Shown: positions 1-7,204 of the stretch, in pieces
Layout of the letters: the number at the start of each line of letters is the position of its first letter
How positions within the stretch are numbered: position 1 is the first letter of the stretch
IMG/VR virus record: IMGVR_UViG_3300046055_000032
Location: 1-22,144 of that record
DNA from: a virus
Taxonomy: Duplodnaviria; Heunggongvirae; Uroviricota; Caudoviricetes
Direction: 5' to 3' (one strand)
Length of the DNA stretch: 22,144 nucleotides
Translations under genes and position numbers: made by a program
Notes under the pieces: generated by a model
Databases searched by the model: none
What the model was told of the DNA's origin: nothing
Seen by the model: the letters and a program-made list of their open reading frames with translations, nothing else

Positions 1-117
1 TTGGTTTGGTTGGTTTGGTTGGGGTTGGGGGGGGGGGGTGGGGTAAACAACACTAACAAACATAACTTAACCTAACCTAACCTAACCTAACCCTACCCCA
101 CCCCCCCCCCTTACCCT
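1..117. repeat. G-string/C-string inverted repeat with sharp strand-skew switch (origin-like)
   Basis: 1-44 contains only G/T; 45-117 contains no G. Perfect 17-bp inverted repeat GGGGGGGGGGTGGGGTA (29-45) / TACCCCACCCCCCCCCC (94-110) flanks an A/C-rich spacer containing (CCTAA)4 at 71-90. Truncated by the window start. Confidence 0.8.
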
Positions 118-150
118 GTCGCGCGCGCGAGAAAAAAAGAAGCTCCTAAA

Positions 151-443
151 CTCCGACACTGTGCACGCCCCTCCCCCCTCACGGCTCCAATAGATTTGGA
201 GGTTAGAGCGGATTAGCGCGCGCGCGCGAGCGACGCACCCGCGCGGAGGGCATTTTCTCCGAAACTGTTACTCAAGTGAAAGAGAACCCACAGGTTTTGA
301 GGTTGTGATGCCTTCGCGCACAGGCGGGTGCGCACTCGCGCACTCACGCGCCCGCGCGCGCGAAGGCAGCATGGACTCCGAAACTGTTTCCGACACTGTC
401 AGAACAGTTTCCGAAATGTTTCCGACACTGTTTCCGACACTGT
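151..443 (+). repeat. 12-bp direct repeats YTCCGAMACTGT (iteron-like), 7 copies
   Basis: Copies at 151-162, 257-268, 376-387, 388-399, 409-419 (degenerate), 420-431, 432-443. The origin block also has (CG)n runs at 119-130 and 216-228. Confidence 0.8.
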
Positions 444-640
444 CACAGACGGGTCACGCACGCAGATGTGCCGTTGTACAGCGTTGGTGAAACCATGAAC
501 GGCTTTCATTCGCTTCCCTTCAAAACCTGTGGTTAGATCGGGCTCTCACGCCAGTGTTGGACATGTTCTGTAGCGGTTGCCTCGACGCGGGTGGTGAGCG
601 AGTGTTGCCAAGGAATCGACACGGCTCTCACTAAAATCTT

Positions 641-663
641 GAAAGAAATCAAAGCGCTTATAT
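641..663 (+). promoter_or_regulatory. Archaeal BRE/TATA promoter of the replication operon
   Basis: GAAAGAAATCAAAGCGCTTATAT: purine-rich BRE followed by TTATAT (658-663), about 30 nt upstream of ATG 691, in otherwise GC-rich DNA. Confidence 0.55.
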
Positions 664-690
664 CTCCGGCGCGGCTTCTGGGAAGTCGCG

Positions 691-915
691 ATGAGCAAGG
701 ATGGGATGCCGCTCCGCGAGGATCTCACCGTACCCAGTCTCGGGTACTTGAAGTTCCCCAAGGAGTTCGTGGAGCGGTTCGACATCGACAAGAAACAGGT
801 GCCCTCACCGCGGGCATCGTACGAGAAGGACGGTCACACCGTCCGCCTCGTCTTCGAGTGGGCCGAGCAGGAAATCGAACACAACGAACGCGTAACTGAG
901 GAGGATGACCACTGA
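691..915 (+). CDS. AbrB/SpoVT-like (swapped-hairpin) DNA-binding protein, 74 aa
   Basis: LTVPSLGYLKFPKEFVERFDI resembles the AbrB pattern (V-x3-G-x-I-x-I-P-K-x-x-R-x-x-L-G-I); first gene after the promoter; TGATG coupling to the next ORF. Confidence 0.5.
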   Translation: MSKDGMPLREDLTVPSLGYLKFPKEFVERFDIDKKQVPSPRASYEKDGHTVRLVFEWAEQEIEHNERVTEEDDH

Positions 916-1925
916 TGAGTACTGACAACGACACAAGCGAGCAAGATCTCAAGAACTTCGTTTCGGACGTCGCGAGCGCCGACAAAGACACTTGGCAGAA
1001 GATCGAGAGCATCGTGCAAGACCAAGGGCGCCCGCTCGTTCCCGACATCGCCAGCGAGCTACAGAACATTTACCACGAAGACTACTTGGAATCGTTCCCC
1101 GAGGACGAGCGGAAAGTGCACGCGCAGCGCATCCTGCTCTCCCGCCTCATGCAGGGCCAACTGGTCGAAGCCGACCCGTACGAGATTCACGTCCTCGACT
1201 ACGAAGAGCCGCGCACGATCGAGCGCGATGACGACGAGGACCTGACCATCGCGAACGTGTACGGGATCGGTCAACGCATCGCCGACGACGGTGACGAGCC
1301 GCTCGGTTACATTCAGGCGACGTTCTTCAACGAGGACGCCAGCGCGGTGCAAGGCGCCGAGCGCGGCAAAACGTACCGTACGGTCTTCACGGGCGCGTAC
1401 GACGAAGGCGTGTACGACGTGAACGCTGTCTCGAACACGAAGTTCCAGAACGGCGACCAGGACGACTTGGACCCCGTCGAGGCCGCGGAAGCGCTCTTCG
1501 ATCGCACGCTCATCGCTGACGCCGAGAACGAAATCAGCCAAACCCCACAGGACGTCAAACTGGTGAAAGGCAACGTCGTGATGGGTCGCGTCGGTAGCAG
1601 CGACTCCGGGTTCCGTTACGGGCTGTACCAAGTCATGGACGACAGCGTCAGCACCGGCACGGAAGGCGAACGACCCGAAGTCATGTCCGTGATGTGCCGG
1701 CCCTCACAAGTCCGGTTCGGGAGCGGTTCCGAAGTGTACGTGATCGGTCGCATCACGGACGACGACGAGTACGGCGTTGGGATGAACGCTGACGCCATCA
1801 TTCCGCGCCTGGAGATCCCGATCGACGAGCAACAACTCGAACCGGAAGACGACGACGGTGACGAGGATGGAGGCGAGGACGCGGAAGTGGACAGCGGCGA
1901 CATCAACTTCTCCGACTTCGAGTGA
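915..1925 (+). CDS. Single-stranded DNA-binding protein (RPA-like, two OB folds, acidic tail), 336 aa
   Basis: PRTIERDDDEDLTIANV...IQATFFNEDASAVQGAERGKTYR matches the archaeal RPA OB-fold pattern; second OB-like block DVKLVKGNV...EVYVIGRI; acidic tail ending INFSDFE; replication-module context. Confidence 0.7.
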   Translation: MSTDNDTSEQDLKNFVSDVASADKDTWQKIESIVQDQGRPLVPDIASELQNIYHEDYLESFPEDERKVHAQRILLSRLMQGQLVEADPYEIHVLDYEEPRTIERDDDEDLTIANVYGIGQRIADDGDEPLGYIQATFFNEDASAVQGAERGKTYRTVFTGAYDEGVYDVNAVSNTKFQNGDQDDLDPVEAAEALFDRTLIADAENEISQTPQDVKLVKGNVVMGRVGSSDSGFRYGLYQVMDDSVSTGTEGERPEVMSVMCRPSQVRFGSGSEVYVIGRITDDDEYGVGMNADAIIPRLEIPIDEQQLEPEDDDGDEDGGEDAEVDSGDINFSDFE

Positions 1926-1933
1926 GGTGAACG

Positions 1934-2806
1934 ATGAGCCTCGCCGACGAACTGAGTAAACAACCATCCGGGGACGGCGGGAGCGCGCCCTCCGCCCGGG
2001 ACGCCTCCCCGCAAAGTCTCGCGGACGCGATGTCGTTCCGTCAACAAAGCTTCCAAGTGTTCGGCCCGTACAAGAGCGGGAAAACGACGTTCGCGCTCTC
2101 CCTCCTGGACTGGCTCGAACACGACCAGGAAGTGGCGCCCGAGGATGCGAAAGTGGCGTTCATCGACAACGACAACGGCTTGCTGCCGCTCGTACAGAAG
2201 AAGATCCAGAACGGTGAACTGAACGAAGCGTGGTTGGAGAACGTCGAGTACCAGCTCTGCAACAGTTGGGAGGACGTGAAGAGCGCCACGCACACGTTCC
2301 TCAACCTCCTGCGTGAGCATCAAGACGAGCACGGGAAGAAGACCGCGTGGTTGATCGAAGACAACCGGCAAGCCACGTGGGAGTGGGCGCGCGACAAGTT
2401 CGCCGCCGACGTGTACGGGATGCGCGAGCACGAGCTGGCGAAGAAGAAACGAAAGAAGGCTCGCCAGGAGGGTAAACGGACCCTCCCCACGTACGACCAG
2501 CAAGTGGATTACGGCGCCATCAACGGGATGTACAACGCGCTCGCGAACAAGGTCAAGAACAGTGGCGTGAACTTCGTCTGGCTCGCACCCGAGAAAAAGG
2601 ACTACGACCAGGAGGGTAACGTCCAGGGCGTCACGGCCGGTGGACAGAAACATGATCCCGGGCGCGTCGACACCACCGTCTATCTGCACGAGGACGATGA
2701 CGTTCACTACGCCGATCTGGTCGGCGCCCGCGGCGTTGACGAGCGCTTCGAGCGCATGGAGAACCCCACGATGGGTAAAGTGCTGGACTTCTTGGGAGAG
2801 AACTAA
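1934..2806 (+). CDS. RecA-superfamily P-loop ATPase (Sak4/AAA_24-like recombinase), 290 aa
   Basis: Walker A GPYKSGKT, FIDND strand, Walker B-like LIED; SD GAGGTGA at 1924-1930; adjacent to SSB, as is typical for Sak4. Confidence 0.6.
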   Translation: MSLADELSKQPSGDGGSAPSARDASPQSLADAMSFRQQSFQVFGPYKSGKTTFALSLLDWLEHDQEVAPEDAKVAFIDNDNGLLPLVQKKIQNGELNEAWLENVEYQLCNSWEDVKSATHTFLNLLREHQDEHGKKTAWLIEDNRQATWEWARDKFAADVYGMREHELAKKKRKKARQEGKRTLPTYDQQVDYGAINGMYNALANKVKNSGVNFVWLAPEKKDYDQEGNVQGVTAGGQKHDPGRVDTTVYLHEDDDVHYADLVGARGVDERFERMENPTMGKVLDFLGEN

Positions 2807-2808
2807 CG

Positions 2809-3576
2809 ATGACGGACGCAACGATCGTCGGCAACGCCGGGCACATCCGGCAGCAAATCGAACGTTTGAGCCTTCCGTACCAGGGTGACGTCCTCTTCAA
2901 CCCGCTGAAGTTGGACATCCGCGAGAACGGCGTGTATTGCGCCGTGCAGAGCCCACGGAAGACGAGCTTCCTGAAAGCGAAAGTGGATCTCGGCAAGGCC
3001 GACGGCGACGATGACGTCGTCCTCGACAGCCAGGACCTCCTCACGTTCCTCGGCAACTATGACCGAGACGAGCAGGTCCGCATCACGGTCGGGGACACCG
3101 TCACCATCGACGGCGAACGGCGCTCCAGCACCATTTACCCGCAGAACCTGGAACCGAGAGCCCCCGCCTCCCTGCCCCAGTTCGAGGACGGGATCGTACA
3201 GTACCGCGTCGGCGAGGACGAGTACGCGCCGGCGCAAGCCGTTGCCGAGGTCGCCTCCGAGCATCTCGCCGAGCTGGTGGATGACGCGAAAACCATTGAC
3301 GTGGCAAGTTTCCCGTTGCGCTTCGGGCCGCGGGAGAGCACGGCCAGTCTCGGCAGCTTGAAACCGAAGCACAACCAGATCGACGTACTACTTGACGCGG
3401 ACGTCGAGGGCGAGCACGCCGAAACCGTCATCGGCGAGGACTTCATTCACCTCTTCAACAACATCCGTGGCGAGGTGGAAGTCCAGCTCCGCGACAGCGC
3501 TCCGCTGGTCGTGGTGCACGAGCCCGCGGACAGCGATCGCATCGTGTACGTTCTCGCGCCGCGCAAGGACGCATAG
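2809..3576 (+). CDS. pcn: DNA polymerase sliding clamp (PCNA-like), 255 aa
   Basis: PCNA length; C-terminal APLVVVHE...IVYVLAPRK matches the PCNA P...Y-x-L-A-P-R end; RFC and PolB genes nearby. Confidence 0.8.
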   Translation: MTDATIVGNAGHIRQQIERLSLPYQGDVLFNPLKLDIRENGVYCAVQSPRKTSFLKAKVDLGKADGDDDVVLDSQDLLTFLGNYDRDEQVRITVGDTVTIDGERRSSTIYPQNLEPRAPASLPQFEDGIVQYRVGEDEYAPAQAVAEVASEHLAELVDDAKTIDVASFPLRFGPRESTASLGSLKPKHNQIDVLLDADVEGEHAETVIGEDFIHLFNNIRGEVEVQLRDSAPLVVVHEPADSDRIVYVLAPRKDA

Positions 3577-3625
3577 CCGAGGATTGAAAGGGGAGATGGA
3601 CCGCACCGCGTAGGAGGGGTTCGCG

Positions 3626-4735
3626 ATACGCTATACGCTGCCACGGTACGTAGCCAACCCGTTCCAGCAACTGGTAACGACACGCGAATCCTTCCTGCGC
3701 TTCGTGCGGGCAAACAACGGGGAAACCCCCGTGTATACGAGTCACAACGCTCACCCCGAAGACGGAACGATCCGCATCCGTTACATCCCGTTCGACTTCG
3801 ACGCCGAGGACAAACGGGAGAACGCGCAACACGACGCGCTGAAACTCGCCGACTGGGCCAACGACCGGGGACTCGTTACCCGTTTCGCGTTCAGCGGCAA
3901 CAAAGGCTTTCACGGTTACTTGGCGTTCGATCCTGTACGGGCCAAGAACAATCAAGCGTTGAAGCGCGCGTACCTCAGCATCCAGCAAACGGCTCGACGG
4001 GACGCGGGGCTGCGCACCGCCGACGAAGGCATCGAAGGCGATACGCGCCGCCTCATGCGGGTCGTGAATACGCAGCACCAGGACAGCGACTATTACTGCG
4101 TCGAGCTGACGACGGACCAACTGGAGCGCTGGGACATCGCGGAGGTTCTCGATTACGCCAAGCAGCCGCGGTCGCCGCCCGAGTACGAGGACGAGCCCTC
4201 GGAGGGCTTCCACGAAGCAGTACAACGCTTGGATGTGGACATCCAGAAACGGGACGTTTGGGACCAACGCGCCGACGCCCAAACCGTCCCGTACGAGAGC
4301 GAGGGCGGGGAGGGCGGTACGCTCACGGAACAGTTCGTTCGCGATCTCTTGCCCCGCCCCTGCATCCACAACGACTTGTTGAGCCAGAACCCGGAGCACA
4401 TGACGCGAGTCGAAGCGTGCAGCTGGCTCGTGACACTCGGTTACGGTATCCAATGGCTCATCCCGCTGTTCGACGACATCGCCGAGGACGCCGCGTGGGT
4501 GGATCGCTTCCGCAAGGATCTGCGAGACTATCACGTCCTGCACATCTGGCGGAAAGGCGGGTACCATCCGCACAGTTGCCAAAAGTTGCGCGCGAACGGG
4601 CTGTGCGTCGGGGAGGACTGCCCGCTGTTCCGGCACGTTTGGCCGGACGAAGTTGACGAGGAGGTGAACGACGATGACGCGCCCTACGAGGAAGAAGAAG
4701 CAACGGCACCGAGCCATCCTGTACAAGATCATTGA
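3626..4735 (+). CDS. Archaeo-eukaryotic primase, catalytic PriS domain fused to PriL-type Fe-S domain (start uncertain)
   Basis: Motif I FDFDAED, motif II FSGNKGFHGY, motif III GDTRRLMRVVNTQH; C-terminal PRPC...H-x-x-R...YHPHSCQKLRANGLC...CP (four Cys). The ORF caller starts at GTG 3704, but primase-like LPRYVANPFQQLV lies upstream in frame; 3626 is an ATA after an AGGAGG SD. Confidence 0.85.
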   Translation: MRYTLPRYVANPFQQLVTTRESFLRFVRANNGETPVYTSHNAHPEDGTIRIRYIPFDFDAEDKRENAQHDALKLADWANDRGLVTRFAFSGNKGFHGYLAFDPVRAKNNQALKRAYLSIQQTARRDAGLRTADEGIEGDTRRLMRVVNTQHQDSDYYCVELTTDQLERWDIAEVLDYAKQPRSPPEYEDEPSEGFHEAVQRLDVDIQKRDVWDQRADAQTVPYESEGGEGGTLTEQFVRDLLPRPCIHNDLLSQNPEHMTRVEACSWLVTLGYGIQWLIPLFDDIAEDAAWVDRFRKDLRDYHVLHIWRKGGYHPHSCQKLRANGLCVGEDCPLFRHVWPDEVDEEVNDDDAPYEEEEATAPSHPVQDH

Positions 4736-5000
4736 GAAGTCGGAACACGACGGCATCCACTCCCAGGACCTCTACCAGCGGTACTTTGAGGTCGTCGCGG
4801 ACACCGACACTCACCCCTCCGGGAGGGACGAGGAACCGTACTCCAAGCGGTACTTGGAGGATCTCGTCACGGAGCTGGAGGACGACGAGCGCATCATCTC
4901 GGAGATCGAGTCCCGCGGCCGCGGCGGTTTCGGGAAACGGTTCTGGGTCACGACGTTCGTTTCGGCGCGAGACTTCGACGACTGGGAGCCTGACGTATGA
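4674..5000 (+). CDS. Stand-alone winged-helix protein resembling the Orc1/Cdc6 C-terminal DNA-binding domain, 108 aa
   Basis: DLYQRYFEV...EPYSKRYLEDLVTELEDDERII...SRGRGGFGKRF follows the Cdc6_C pattern (Y-x-x-Y...P-L-S-x-R...L-x-E-L-E...G-R-G); ATGA coupling to the next gene. Confidence 0.6.
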   Translation: MTRPTRKKKQRHRAILYKIIEKSEHDGIHSQDLYQRYFEVVADTDTHPSGRDEEPYSKRYLEDLVTELEDDERIISEIESRGRGGFGKRFWVTTFVSARDFDDWEPDV

Positions 5001-5629
5001 CGAACGAGCTGAACGTTGACATCCGCGAATCGCAACGCACGATCGACGCGCTCCGCGCGGAAGCCGGCGAGGAGTGGGACGTTAACGTCGCCATGTTCGA
5101 GGTCGCGGACGTCTTCTACACGAACCGCTTCGGCATCGAGCACAAGCGACCGAACGATTTCGCGAACAGCATCACGGACAACCGCATCTTCCAGCAAGCG
5201 GCAGAGTTGAACGAGAACTTCGCGCAACCGTTCATCCTCGTCAGCGGAACCCTCGACGACGCGATGCACGCTCGGCGCGGCTTGAGCCCCGAGAGCGTGA
5301 AAGGTGTCGTCGCCAGTCTTTGTACCCGTCGCGGTGTTCCCGTCCTCTTCGCCGAGAACGAGTTCGCGAGCCTCGTGTTGCGATTGGCGGCAAAAACCGT
5401 GAAGACGGGCCCGATCGAGTACAATCCTGTACGGAAAACCGGAAGCACTCAAGACAAGCGGTACGCTTTGTTAACCCAGTTACCGCAGGTAGGCGAAACG
5501 ATCGCGGAACGGATACTGGACGAATATCCCAACCCTCTAATAGCTCTAAATAATATCGGGGAATGGCCGGAAACGATTCACGGCATCGGTCCCACATCCA
5601 AGGACGAGATCATTGATGTCCTCGAATGA
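4997..5629 (+). CDS. ERCC4/XPF (Hef-like) structure-specific nuclease with C-terminal HhH motifs, 210 aa
   Basis: VDIRE; ADV...GIEHKRPNDFANSITDNRIFQQ (ERKx3D-type); HhH motifs LPQVGETIAERIL and IHGIGP. Confidence 0.85.
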   Translation: MTNELNVDIRESQRTIDALRAEAGEEWDVNVAMFEVADVFYTNRFGIEHKRPNDFANSITDNRIFQQAAELNENFAQPFILVSGTLDDAMHARRGLSPESVKGVVASLCTRRGVPVLFAENEFASLVLRLAAKTVKTGPIEYNPVRKTGSTQDKRYALLTQLPQVGETIAERILDEYPNPLIALNNIGEWPETIHGIGPTSKDEIIDVLE

Positions 5630-7067
5630 ACCACTCACGGAGAAGTACCGCCCGACGACCCTGGACGACGTTTTAGGGCAAGAACAAGCGACGCGCCGCA
5701 TGAAGGAGTACGTGTCGAACTATCACGACGGCGATCTACAGATGCCGCACCTTCTCCTCACCGGACCGCCGGGCGTCGGGAAGAGCAGCGCCGCGTTCGC
5801 GCTCGCGCACGAACTTTACGGGGACGGTTGGGAAGAGAGCGTCCTGGATCTCAACGCCAGCGACGATCGCGGCATCGATCTCATCCGCGGCCGTGTCAAG
5901 GAGTTCGCGCGCAGCGCTCCCGTCGGCGAGGAGTTCGATGTGATCGTGTTGGACGAGGCGGACCATTTGTGCTTGCCGTCGGGATCTCCTGTCGTGACAG
6001 GCATGAGGTCTGGTAGGACGGTGAAACCAATCGAGGAAGTATCTCCTGAGGGTGAAGTGATTCCGTCACTTGATACGGAGACAAAACAACTGAAAAAAGA
6101 TACTGGTAGGTTGGTCGATTCGGGGACGGCTGAATTTTACGAGGTGAACTTCAAAGATGGGAGAAGTGTAACTGCCAGCCCAGAGCATCCGTTCTTTGTA
6201 TTGACCGACGAGGGGGAAATCGTAGAGAAGGAGTTGAGAGAGTTGGGTCCTGGGGATGAGATCGTAGATTTACAAGATAGCGTTGGCCTTAAGAAGTGCG
6301 GGATATGCTCTGATTGGACAAGGAACTCAAGGTTTTGCAGTAAAGACTGCAAAAATGAAGGACATAGCCGCGAAGTCTCTGGGGAGGACAACCCCAGATA
6401 TGGAGAGGATGGTTGGAACAAAGGTCTGACGAAAGACGATGATCCGAGAGTTGCAGCGCAGACCAATCATGGCCCCGATAATGGTAACTGGAACGGCGAT
6501 TTTCATGGTAAGAGCTGGCATGAGTTTGACAACGAGGAGTTGAAAGAAGAGGTCAGGAGGAAGTTATCGAAATCCCGCTCCGGGAAAAGCTATGAAGAGA
6601 TATATGGATCTGAGGAAAGCGCCAGAAAAGAACGCAGAAAAAGAGCGCCGGGGGAAGGTGAAACCGGGAACCTTGGGTCCAGATACCATCTGAAAGACAA
6701 AGACGAGGCTGTGTGTGAAGTTTGTGAGTCAATGTTCCCCGCGTCTGGGATCGATGGCATTTACGTTCACCACATTGATGGGGATCAAAGTAATAACGAA
6801 CCGAGTAACTTGATGAATGTATGCCCAGATTGCCACAATAATGTTTGCCACAACATAGCTGAGAGAACGTCAAATCATTGGGAGAAAATGTCAGAAGATG
6901 AGAAACGTATGAGGGTTGAAAAGATGAGCGAGGGGGTCTCAAAGAAGTGGGATGAGTGGAAAGAAGAGCTACCGGTTTGTGGTGCAGATTGTAAGACAGG
7001 TGGTACTTGTTCAAACCCTGTTAAGGATGATGATGAACAATGTTACATACACAAAGGTGATTCATAA
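5616..7067 (+). CDS. rfcS: RFC small subunit N-terminal half fused to intein N-fragment and HNH endonuclease
   Basis: EKYRPTTLDDVLGQ, GPPGVGKS, LNASDDRGID, VLDEADHL, then CLPSGSPV (intein block A, codon 5970), TASPEHPFFV (block B), HNH VHHIDGDQSNNEPSNLMNVCPDCHN; TAA at 7065-7067. TTG 5613 is an alternative start. Confidence 0.9.
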   Translation: MSSNEPLTEKYRPTTLDDVLGQEQATRRMKEYVSNYHDGDLQMPHLLLTGPPGVGKSSAAFALAHELYGDGWEESVLDLNASDDRGIDLIRGRVKEFARSAPVGEEFDVIVLDEADHLCLPSGSPVVTGMRSGRTVKPIEEVSPEGEVIPSLDTETKQLKKDTGRLVDSGTAEFYEVNFKDGRSVTASPEHPFFVLTDEGEIVEKELRELGPGDEIVDLQDSVGLKKCGICSDWTRNSRFCSKDCKNEGHSREVSGEDNPRYGEDGWNKGLTKDDDPRVAAQTNHGPDNGNWNGDFHGKSWHEFDNEELKEEVRRKLSKSRSGKSYEEIYGSEESARKERRKRAPGEGETGNLGSRYHLKDKDEAVCEVCESMFPASGIDGIYVHHIDGDQSNNEPSNLMNVCPDCHNNVCHNIAERTSNHWEKMSEDEKRMRVEKMSEGVSKKWDEWKEELPVCGADCKTGGTCSNPVKDDDEQCYIHKGDS

Positions 7068-7204
7068 TGCCGGCTGCCAAGAAGAGGGAGATTAACACAG
7101 TAGAAATAGATTCGATAGAGAGTAAGGGCCAAGGCAAGGCTTGGAACATTACCATGGATAAGCGTCCTAACTTCCTGCTTGGCAATGGAATCCTCACGCA
7201 TAAC
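5970..7204 (+). mobile_element. Split intein with HNH homing endonuclease (IntN+HNH 5970-7064; IntC 7067-7204)
   Basis: Inserted at DEADHL|TNQAQAALRRTME. GC in sampled 60-nt lines: 28/60 (6481-6540) and 23/60 (7021-7080) versus 44/60 in the extein (5761-5820). IntC ends NFLLGNGILTHN followed by Thr+1. Confidence 0.85.

Noticed and set aside
71-90. (CCTAA)4 as an arthropod-type telomere or eukaryotic contamination
   Set aside because: Only four units, internal to an inverted repeat, and contiguous with archaeal-type genes.
376-443. CRISPR array (given the Cas4-like gene)
   Set aside because: Units are 12 bp and abut without unique spacers; no other cas genes; solo Cas4-like nucleases are common in archaeal viruses.
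305-490. 61-aa ORF across the repeats
   Set aside because: The translation merely mirrors the 12-bp repeats and CG runs; no SD or coupling; composition unlike the acidic genes.
3574-3613. Genome-wide amber recoding
   Set aside because: The PCNA gene and the 8638 ORF end at TAG at natural positions; only one suspicious in-frame TAG was seen.
7061-7067. Programmed ribosomal frameshift joining the RFC halves
   Set aside because: No slippery heptamer; stops in both frames leave a 6-nt window; the SD plus TAATG fit reinitiation better (not formally excluded).
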